Positions 53,742 to 64,000 of a DNA stretch of 64,000 nucleotides are shown piece after piece. Source of the DNA: a phage; NCBI GenBank assembly GCA_012225525.1, contig GCA_012225525.1_3923.1. One strand, 5' to 3'. The position numbers were made by a program, and so were the translations under genes. The notes beneath the pieces were generated by a model. The model was given only the letters and a program-made list of their open reading frames with translations, ran no database searches and had not been told where the DNA came from. Within the stretch, counting starts at the first letter, position 1. Every line of letters starts with the position of its first letter.

Positions 53742-55088
53742 ATGAGTTCGAATATCTTCAGACTTGCTGATAGATTATTCAACCAACCTTTACTAGCCAC
53801 TGAATCATTAGCTCACTCAGCAGCAACTTATGTGAATAACAGATTGCTGGGTGATGTCCAAGCAGCAGTAAACTTTGATAAACCTAAAGGTGAAGCAAGA
53901 AGTCTTTTAAAAGTAAAAGATGACATTGCTATTATTCCTATTATGGGTGGTTTAACTCATCGTATGACATTCATTGATGCAATGTGTACAGGTGGTTTAA
54001 GCTCTTATGAAGGTTTACGTAGAGGCTTTGACGAAGCTTTAGCAGATGAGTCAATCAAGACTATTGTTCTGCACATTGATTCTGGTGGTGGTGAAGCTTC
54101 AGGTTGCTTTGAATTAGCACGTCACATCATGGCTTCAAGAGGCCAAAAGAAAATTATTGCTTATGTAGATGAGTTCGCTTGTTCCGCTGCATATGCTCTT
54201 GCATCTTCTGCTGAAGAAATTATTGCATCACCAGATGCAGATGTTGGTTCTATCGGTGTAATCATGGTTCATCAGGAATTAACTAAGGCATTTGAAAAGA
54301 ATGGCGTAACAATTAACGTCATCAAAGCTGGTGAGTTTAAAGGTATGGGTTCACCATTCCAAGCACTTTCAGAAGAAAGCAAAGAAAGACTTCAAAAGAG
54401 AATTAATGATACCTACGCAACCTTTACAGGTTTTGTAGCTGAATCTCGTAATCTCTCTGAAGAAGCTGTAAAGAATACTGAGGCGAATGTTTATTCTGCT
54501 CAGGAAGCTCTTGAACTTGGTTTAATTAACTCAATCATGTCTCAAGATGATTTCTTAAATTACTTACAAGGTTCTGAAGAGGCTCCTGTAAGTTTAAACG
54601 TTAACAATTCAGGTGAAGAAATGACTGAACAAGAAAAGCAAGAACTAGAAGCTTTGCGTCTTCAGGTTGCTCAAATGAAAGCTAAAGAACAGGAAGCTGC
54701 TTTGTCAGATTTGACTAATAAGATTTCTGCTTCTGCTGAAGCTTTTGGGTTTGATGCAAAAGAAGCTGCAACGACTATTTTAGGTGCTGGTCTTGACAAC
54801 CCTCTGAGTGTTCTGTTTATGAATGCTATGGAAGGTGCTAACCAGAAACTTAATGAAACTATCGCGTCCCATGCTTCTGCAATGGAAGAAAAAGAATCAG
54901 AAATTACCAAGCTGAAAGAAACTGCTGGTGCTGTTCTTGAACATTCCAACGCTATGGAAGAAGTGGGTAATGACGGCGAAGCTGATTTGGTTGAAGAAGA
55001 AAAAGAACCAGCTAAGAATGCTTCCGAAGACACCGCTGAACAACGCAAACTGGCTCTCCAGAATGCTCTAAAATCTCTTATCAAATAA
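53742..55088 (+). CDS. prohead protease (S49/ClpP-like) fused to coiled-coil scaffold-like C-terminal region
   Basis: IVLHIDSGGGEASG and FACSAAYALASSAEEIIASP resemble S49 motifs; C-terminal 170 aa helical and acidic. Confidence 0.6.
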   Translation: MSSNIFRLADRLFNQPLLATESLAHSAATYVNNRLLGDVQAAVNFDKPKGEARSLLKVKDDIAIIPIMGGLTHRMTFIDAMCTGGLSSYEGLRRGFDEALADESIKTIVLHIDSGGGEASGCFELARHIMASRGQKKIIAYVDEFACSAAYALASSAEEIIASPDADVGSIGVIMVHQELTKAFEKNGVTINVIKAGEFKGMGSPFQALSEESKERLQKRINDTYATFTGFVAESRNLSEEAVKNTEANVYSAQEALELGLINSIMSQDDFLNYLQGSEEAPVSLNVNNSGEEMTEQEKQELEALRLQVAQMKAKEQEAALSDLTNKISASAEAFGFDAKEAATTILGAGLDNPLSVLFMNAMEGANQKLNETIASHASAMEEKESEITKLKETAGAVLEHSNAMEEVGNDGEADLVEEEKEPAKNASEDTAEQRKLALQNALKSLIK

Positions 55089-55099
55089 GGAACACAATA

Positions 55100-55477
55100 A
55101 TGGCATATCAAGGTTTTACTAAGTTAGGTAACAGAGAACCTCTGAATGATATCATTCTTTGGGAACAAATTACCCCAACAGGCCACTCTCGCAAAGAGTA
55201 CACTCCAGTTGCTTCAACAGAATACCGTGTAGGTGAAGTTCTGAAAGCAGATGGTACTAAGGTACAAGCTGGAGAAGAAGCCCAAGCAGACTCTGTATGT
55301 ATCGTTAATTTCTACGCAGACCTGCAACTGTCTTATCATGGTCAGTTGAAAGTGGTAGGTATCTACCGTGATGCAGAACTAAAAGACATGCTTACTCTTG
55401 AAGCGAGCGTTGATGCTGCTGCCGTCAAGACAGCTCTGGCTGCTAAAGGTATTGATTTCGTACCAACTGGCCTGTAA
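55100..55477 (+). CDS. small head protein (possible decoration protein)
   Basis: 125 aa between protease/scaffold and major capsid. Confidence 0.35.
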   Translation: MAYQGFTKLGNREPLNDIILWEQITPTGHSRKEYTPVASTEYRVGEVLKADGTKVQAGEEAQADSVCIVNFYADLQLSYHGQLKVVGIYRDAELKDMLTLEASVDAAAVKTALAAKGIDFVPTGL

Positions 55478-55510
55478 TAACAATAATAAGACATTCTGGA
55501 GAATTTTACA

Positions 55511-56617
55511 ATGTTGACTAATTCTGAAAAAAGCAGATTTTTCCTTGCTGACCTGACTGGTGAAGTCCAGTCTATCCCAAATACTTATGGGTATATTTCC
55601 AACTTAGGTCTGTTCCGTTCAGCACCAATCACCCAAACTACTTTCCTTATGGACTTGACTGATTGGGATGTTAGCTTGCTTGATGCGGTAGACCGTGATA
55701 GCCGTAAAGCAGAGACTAGCGCACCTGAGCGTGTTCGTCAAATCAGCTTCCCAATGATGTACTTCAAAGAAGTTGAAAGCATTACTCCTGATGAAATTCA
55801 GGGTGTACGTCAGCCAGGCACTGCAAACGAACTGACTACTGAAGCTGTAGTACGTGCTAAGAAGCTGATGAAGATTCGTACCAAGTTCGATATTACTCGT
55901 GAGTTCCTGTTTATGCAAGCTCTGAAGGGTAAAGTTGTTGATGCTCGTGGTACTCTGTATGCTGACCTGTACAAGCAGTTCGACGTTGAGAAGAAGACTG
56001 TTTACTTCGACCTTGACAACCCTAATGCTGACATCGACGCTTCTATTGAAGAACTGCGTATGCACATGGAAGATGAAGCTAAGACTGGCACTGTAATCAA
56101 CGGTGAAGAAATTCACGTAGTTGTTGACCGCTTATTCTTCAGCAAACTGGTTAAGCATCCTAAGATTCGTGACGCTTATCTTGCACAGCAGACTCCACTG
56201 GCTTGGCAACAGATTACTGGTTCTCTGAGAACTGGTGGTACTGACGGCGTTCAGGCTCACATGAACACTTTCTACTACGGTGGTGTTAAGTTTGTCCAGT
56301 ACAACGGTAAGTTCAAAGACAAGCGTGGTAAGGTTCACACTCTGGTGAGCATTGATAGCGTAGCGGCAACTGTTGGTGTAGGTCATGCTTTCCCTAACGT
56401 TTCTATGCTGGGCGAAGCAAACAACATCTTCGAAGTGGCATATGGTCCATGTCCTAAGATGGGTTATGCCAATACACTTGGTCAGGAACTGTACGTATTC
56501 GAATACGAAAAAGACCGTGACGAAGGTATTGACTTTGAAGCTCACTCTTACATGCTGCCATACTGCACACGTCCTCAGTTGCTGGTAGACGTTCGTTCTG
56601 ACGCTAAACCAGACTAA
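55511..56617 (+). CDS. major capsid protein
   Basis: 368 aa following protease/scaffold; biased codon usage suggests high expression. Confidence 0.6.
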   Translation: MLTNSEKSRFFLADLTGEVQSIPNTYGYISNLGLFRSAPITQTTFLMDLTDWDVSLLDAVDRDSRKAETSAPERVRQISFPMMYFKEVESITPDEIQGVRQPGTANELTTEAVVRAKKLMKIRTKFDITREFLFMQALKGKVVDARGTLYADLYKQFDVEKKTVYFDLDNPNADIDASIEELRMHMEDEAKTGTVINGEEIHVVVDRLFFSKLVKHPKIRDAYLAQQTPLAWQQITGSLRTGGTDGVQAHMNTFYYGGVKFVQYNGKFKDKRGKVHTLVSIDSVAATVGVGHAFPNVSMLGEANNIFEVAYGPCPKMGYANTLGQELYVFEYEKDRDEGIDFEAHSYMLPYCTRPQLLVDVRSDAKPD

Positions 56618-56638
56618 TATTCTTAAGGAGGGTTATGA

Positions 56639-57088
56639 ATGTGTTATACAGGCGACCCAGCCAATAACCCTCTTGATAGAGTAAGAATCCTCTGCACAGA
56701 CACCAATAATGATGAAATTCTTATTGAACAGTCTGTGCTAGAGTGGTTCTATCTAGAATCTGGAAAGGATGAAAAGAAAGCAGCCATCAAAGCTCTTAAA
56801 TATTTACTCTTTCAAGTAGCCAAGATGGGAGATGAGAAGGTTGGTGGTGTTTATTTACGTAACTCTTCCAGATTCAAATCTCTGAAAGCTGTTTATGATG
56901 ACCTTGTTAAAAGCTCTGTTTCAGGACTACCCTATGCAGGTGGTATTAATCAGTGTGATATTGACATGCGTCGTCAGAATCCTTGCTCTGTCAAGAAATA
57001 CACAGAATATGGTGATGCTGCCAGATACGAAGGCAGAGATTACTGCAACCGTGTTAATGGCGTATTTATTATCGAGCGAGATGAATAA
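56639..57088 (+). CDS. head completion / neck protein
   Basis: Position between capsid and tail genes. Confidence 0.35.
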   Translation: MCYTGDPANNPLDRVRILCTDTNNDEILIEQSVLEWFYLESGKDEKKAAIKALKYLLFQVAKMGDEKVGGVYLRNSSRFKSLKAVYDDLVKSSVSGLPYAGGINQCDIDMRRQNPCSVKKYTEYGDAARYEGRDYCNRVNGVFIIERDE

Positions 57089-57570
57089 TGGTTAAAAGGG
57101 TTATTCACCCCGCTAGAGCAAAATTAGTCGGGGCTATGAAGAACTTGCAAACGGCTAATGCTCAAGTTGGGTATTTTCAAGAACAAGGTCAACATAGCTC
57201 TGGTTTTTCTTATCCTGCTTTAATGTATTTGCAAGAAGTTATTGGGGTTCCCTCAGCTTCTGGTAAAGTATATCGTAGGTTGTTTGAAATCACTATGATG
57301 CTAAACAGACAGACCTTGTTAGAGCAGACTAAGAAGAATCTATATAAGCAACTTAGCAGTCTCAACACAGACCCTTCAAATACCTTAGAAGCATTTGCAA
57401 AGAATGCTCAAAAGGCAATTAAAAGAGGTTTTGGTAATTCTGCTATACTCCCTCCTAACGCACCTTCCACAGTCAAGAAAAAAGGCTTTAATGCACCTCT
57501 TGTTGAGACAGGTGACTTAAGGGATAACCTTGCTTATAAAATTTCTACTAAGAAGGGTATTAAAAAATGA
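57088..57570 (+). CDS. head-tail connector / neck protein
   Basis: Position; overlapping stop/start. Confidence 0.35.
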   Translation: MVKRVIHPARAKLVGAMKNLQTANAQVGYFQEQGQHSSGFSYPALMYLQEVIGVPSASGKVYRRLFEITMMLNRQTLLEQTKKNLYKQLSSLNTDPSNTLEAFAKNAQKAIKRGFGNSAILPPNAPSTVKKKGFNAPLVETGDLRDNLAYKISTKKGIKK

Positions 57571-57968
57571 GACTCTTAAACAGACACAGCTTTGTAGTAA
57601 AGCGCAAAGTCTCTGAAGATGGTTATTACAATGATGATGGTGATTGGGTAGCTTCACAAGATATTGTAGAGGTTAACTGTAAAGGTAATATCCAGCCATA
57701 TATCAAAGGTTCTGTAAAGAATGGTACACAGATTGCTTTACCGGAAGGTATTAGACTAACCGATACAAGAATCCTGTATACTACATATAAACTTAGAACT
57801 TCAGATGATGTAGAGTGGAATGAGTCTGACATTGTTATGATTGATGGTCATGAGTATGAAGTATTTATGACTATGGATTGGTCACAGCAATTAGCCCATA
57901 CGTCCCATTATGAATATATCATTATTAGAAGGGATAAAATGAATGCAGTTAGAAACAGCAGAACTTGA
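57567..57968 (+). CDS. neck / tail completion protein
   Basis: Position; overlapping stop/start. Confidence 0.35.
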   Translation: MRLLNRHSFVVKRKVSEDGYYNDDGDWVASQDIVEVNCKGNIQPYIKGSVKNGTQIALPEGIRLTDTRILYTTYKLRTSDDVEWNESDIVMIDGHEYEVFMTMDWSQQLAHTSHYEYIIIRRDKMNAVRNSRT

Positions 57969-58542
57969 AAAAGGTCTAGTTAGAACCTTAGTGGATGTTA
58001 TTGGTCACAGACTAGCTCGTGATAAAAATAATAGACCAAATGTAATTAGAGCTTACCCTTCTGATAACTCAAATGACAAAGGTTTAAAACCTGACCAGCC
58101 ATTTATTACCGTATATTGTCAAGATGCTGCAACACCTTATGGTTGGGTTCTTGATAAGTTTGTTGAGGATGATGTAGTTTGCTATAGAATTGCTTTTCAA
58201 ATTCCAGTATTAATTACGGTAAATGGTAAAGGTGCTCACAGTATTATGCTTGAGCTTAAACAACGATTAGAGATGAGTTCAGTCAGAGATTTAATTCTTG
58301 AAGAGACAGGAGCTACAGTTTTAGACACTGGAGCCATCCCAAATGACTACACTTATCTTAATACAGATTTCGAAAATTCTGCACCTCTTGTTGTAACTCT
58401 TGTAAAAAATTCAGTCCTGAAAGATGAACGTGGAAGTATTATTGAGCGTGTCATTGTTGATGGTGAATTAGTTTACGAAGAAGGACAAGAGCCACCAGAA
58501 TATACTATCCATCTAGATGTAGACTCCAAAGGGGTAAAATAA
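57943..58542 (+). CDS. tail completion / sheath terminator protein
   Basis: Position. Confidence 0.35.
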   Translation: MQLETAELEKGLVRTLVDVIGHRLARDKNNRPNVIRAYPSDNSNDKGLKPDQPFITVYCQDAATPYGWVLDKFVEDDVVCYRIAFQIPVLITVNGKGAHSIMLELKQRLEMSSVRDLILEETGATVLDTGAIPNDYTYLNTDFENSAPLVVTLVKNSVLKDERGSIIERVIVDGELVYEEGQEPPEYTIHLDVDSKGVK

Positions 58543-59895
58543 ATGTGGAATCCAATTGTTAATGTAGATATTACATTGAACACCGCAGGAACTACAAGAG
58601 AAGGTTTTGGGCTGCCACTATTTTTAGCTTCAACAGATAACTTTGAAGAAAGAGTCCGTGGTTACACTTCCTTAACTGAAGTTGCTGAAGATTTCGATGA
58701 AAATTCTGCTGCATATAAGGCTGCTAAACAACTTTGGAGTCAGACTCCTAAAGTAACTCAGCTTTATATTGGTAGACGTGCTATGCAGTACACTGTATCA
58801 ATTCCTGATGAGGTTGCTGAGAGCACCGACTATTCTTTAACTGTAGCTGTGAGCGGTGGAGTTTCTCAGCCATTCCAGTACACTTCACAGTCAGAAGATA
58901 CTGCTGAGAAGGTGCTACAGCAGCTTAAAACTCAGATTGAAGCAGAACCTTCTGTAAAAGACCTTGTTACTGTCAATGTAACTGGTGCTGGCGGTTCAGC
59001 AACAATGGTAATCACCAAAGCTGGTGTCAACGACTTCGTGAAGGTTACTACTACAGCACAAACAGTGTCAATTGCAAGCACAACTGCTGACACAGCATCG
59101 ACTGCTCTGGCAGCTATTGAAGCGTATTCAACTGACTGGTATTTCATTGCAGCAGAAGACAGAACTCAACAGTTTGTCTTAGCAATGGCTTCTGAGATTC
59201 AAGCTCGTAAGAAGATTTTCTTTACAGCTAACTCCGATGTAGCAGCACTGCAAGGTACAGAATTAGCGAGTGCAAATGATGTTCCAGCACAGCTTGCTAA
59301 GAATCAGTACACTCGTACAGTTTGCTTGTGGCATCACACAGCAGCAGAAGACTATCCAGAAATGGCTTATATTGCTTATGGTGCTCCGTATGATGCAGGT
59401 TCAATTGCTTGGGGTAACGCACAGTTAACTGGTGTAGCTGCTTCTCTACAGCCATCTAACCAGAGACCTCTGACAAGTATTCAGAAGTCAGCTTTAGATG
59501 CACGTCACTGTAACTTTATTGACCTTGATGGTGGTGTTCCAGTGGTTCGTAGAGGGATTACTTCTGGTGGGGAATGGATTGATATCGTCCGTGGTGTTGA
59601 CTGGTTAGAATCAGACCTGAAAACTTCTCTGAGAGACTTGCTAATTAACCAGAAGGGTGGTAAGATTACTTATGATGATACTGGTATTACCCGTATTCGT
59701 CAAGTCATTGAAACCTCTCTGCAAAGAGCAGTCAACAGAAACTTCCTGTCATCTTACACAGTTAATGTTCCTAAAGCCTCTCAAGTTGCTTTGGCAGACA
59801 AGAAAGCTCGTATCCTGAAAGATGTTACCTTCGCAGGTATCTTGGCAGGGGCTATCTTGGATGTTGACTTGAAAGGTACAGTGGCTTACGAATAA
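58543..59895 (+). CDS. tail sheath protein
   Basis: 450 aa immediately upstream of a 148-aa tube-sized gene. Confidence 0.5.
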   Translation: MWNPIVNVDITLNTAGTTREGFGLPLFLASTDNFEERVRGYTSLTEVAEDFDENSAAYKAAKQLWSQTPKVTQLYIGRRAMQYTVSIPDEVAESTDYSLTVAVSGGVSQPFQYTSQSEDTAEKVLQQLKTQIEAEPSVKDLVTVNVTGAGGSATMVITKAGVNDFVKVTTTAQTVSIASTTADTASTALAAIEAYSTDWYFIAAEDRTQQFVLAMASEIQARKKIFFTANSDVAALQGTELASANDVPAQLAKNQYTRTVCLWHHTAAEDYPEMAYIAYGAPYDAGSIAWGNAQLTGVAASLQPSNQRPLTSIQKSALDARHCNFIDLDGGVPVVRRGITSGGEWIDIVRGVDWLESDLKTSLRDLLINQKGGKITYDDTGITRIRQVIETSLQRAVNRNFLSSYTVNVPKASQVALADKKARILKDVTFAGILAGAILDVDLKGTVAYE

Positions 59896-59910
59896 TAGAG
59901 GTAAATTGGA

Positions 59911-60357
59911 ATGGCTATGTATCAGCAATATTCCCCTAAAGACGTTGTGTGTAGCTGGAATGGTATTGCCATTGAAGGCTTTGCCCCAGACTCATTCTTA
60001 CGTCTACAGAGAACATCACCACTTGTGACACCAGTTGTAGGTGCAGGTGGTCAGGTTGCTCTGACAAGAAATGCAGACAAGACAGGTACTATTGAGATTG
60101 AGCTAATGCAGACTTCTCTCTCTAATCAGATGCTTTCTGCAATTCAAGCTAAACAAGACAATATGGAACTTGAAGAAGATATCTCTTCTAACTTCGTAAT
60201 CTACGACCCATCAGGCTCTGTTCTGGCAACTGGTATTAATGCTTGGTTGCAGGAATTACCACAGATTGAACTTGGTCGTGACCAGAACTCTAAAACTTGG
60301 ATTTTTGGTTGTGAGAAGTTAGACTACACTTCTACAATTCCAGCGTCAAGTGTTTAA
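59911..60357 (+). CDS. tail tube protein
   Basis: 148 aa between sheath and chaperone/tape-measure genes. Confidence 0.45.
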   Translation: MAMYQQYSPKDVVCSWNGIAIEGFAPDSFLRLQRTSPLVTPVVGAGGQVALTRNADKTGTIEIELMQTSLSNQMLSAIQAKQDNMELEEDISSNFVIYDPSGSVLATGINAWLQELPQIELGRDQNSKTWIFGCEKLDYTSTIPASSV

Positions 60358-60370
60358 TAAATCCTATAAG

Positions 60371-60403
60371 GGGGAGACTTTAAAAGGTCTTCCCCTTTTT
60401 TGT
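60371..60403 (+). terminator. intrinsic terminator after tube gene
   Basis: GGGGAGACTTTTAAAAGGTCTTCCCC followed by TTTTTTT. Confidence 0.55.
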
Positions 60404-60429
60404 TTCTTTTAAAGTATTAAGGAATCACA

Positions 60430-60828
60430 ATGAAAACAGAATCTAGAGTAATTAATGGTAAGAAAGTAAATATCGTTCTGCTTGGGGCAAGAGATGGTAT
60501 TAAGATGTCTATGAAGTTGGGTAAAATTGTTGTTCCAACATTTGCACAGATGCTGTCAAGCCTGACTGATAAAGATAAGAAAGAAGCTCCAATGGTTCCA
60601 TTTAAAGAACTTGTTGAAGCTTGTTTTGACAGAATTGAAGAAATCAACCTTGAAGAAATGGCTACCCTGTTATTTCAAGGGGCAACTGTTGATGACTTCC
60701 CACTTAATATTGATACATACTTCCAAGCAAACTACGGTGAATTTATTGATTACTTAGCATTTGCGCTGGAGGCAAACTTCGGAAGTTTTTTCGAAGCAAG
60801 CATTTTCAAAAGCCTAACTTCTCAGTAA
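60430..60828 (+). CDS. tail assembly chaperone
   Basis: Position immediately upstream of tape measure. Confidence 0.4.
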   Translation: MKTESRVINGKKVNIVLLGARDGIKMSMKLGKIVVPTFAQMLSSLTDKDKKEAPMVPFKELVEACFDRIEEINLEEMATLLFQGATVDDFPLNIDTYFQANYGEFIDYLAFALEANFGSFFEASIFKSLTSQ

Positions 60829-60830
60829 AC

Positions 60831-61069
60831 ATGGGTAACACTCTACAGACACCACTGACTGATGCTGCTGTAGAGGCAACCTATGAAGAAGCAGACGAGA
60901 TGAAATTTGTGCTTGCTATTTATGGTATGGAAGGGTGTAAAGAAACACTTGACCAACTCTTTGCTATGACATTCTCTGATTTATTATCATTGAGACAATT
61001 TCTTGAGATTCAGAGGTCGTATAAAGAGGAAATTGCTTACAACGAACTTAGAAGAGCAGGAAAAATGTA

Positions 61070-61070
<1 letters not shown>
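60831..61070 (+). CDS. tail assembly chaperone (second small ORF)
   Basis: Position; stop overlaps tape-measure start. Confidence 0.35.

Positions 61071-64000
<2,930 letters not shown>

Noticed and set aside
55619-56545. Two long minus-strand ORFs (165 and 137 aa) inside the major capsid gene
   Set aside because: Antisense to a strongly supported structural gene; no independent signals.

Overview
This 64-kb window reads as a contiguous slice of a large virulent tailed-phage genome (myovirus-type), not bacterial chromosome. All calls are from reading the sequence and the supplied ORF track by eye; no searches or folding programs were run. Layout: (i) 1-25.9 kb, rightward replication and nucleotide-metabolism block (helicase C-terminus, 5'-3' exonuclease, class I RNR NrdAB with NrdH-like redoxin, class III RNR NrdDG, Prs-like plus NAMPT-like pair, GIY-YIG and HNH endonucleases, a GHKL-type ATPase, a macro-domain protein, a spanin-like overlapping pair), punctuated by short GC-hairpin terminators; (ii) 25.9-32.2 kb, a repeat block followed by about 14 small ORFs, most preceded by one of two conserved promoter/stem-loop/RBS cassettes; (iii) 32.2-33.7 kb, an ORF-free, motif-dense region where rightward and leftward transcription converge; (iv) 33.8-41.9 kb, leftward block of small genes including a GH24-type endolysin and a protein with three Ig-like repeats; (v) 42.1-49.4 kb, a vWA/MIDAS protein followed by about 27 tRNA genes interspersed with structured spacers and two protein genes; (vi) 49.6-64 kb, rightward morphogenesis module (terminase, portal, protease/scaffold, major capsid, neck, sheath, tube, chaperones, tape measure). 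No integrase, repressor or CRISPR array was seen. Gene content resembles Felix O1-like phages but that identity is unverified. The most unusual parts are the cassette-organised small-gene array, the 1.5-kb non-coding motif field, the Prs/NAMPT pair, and the tRNA region with recurrent spacer motifs.
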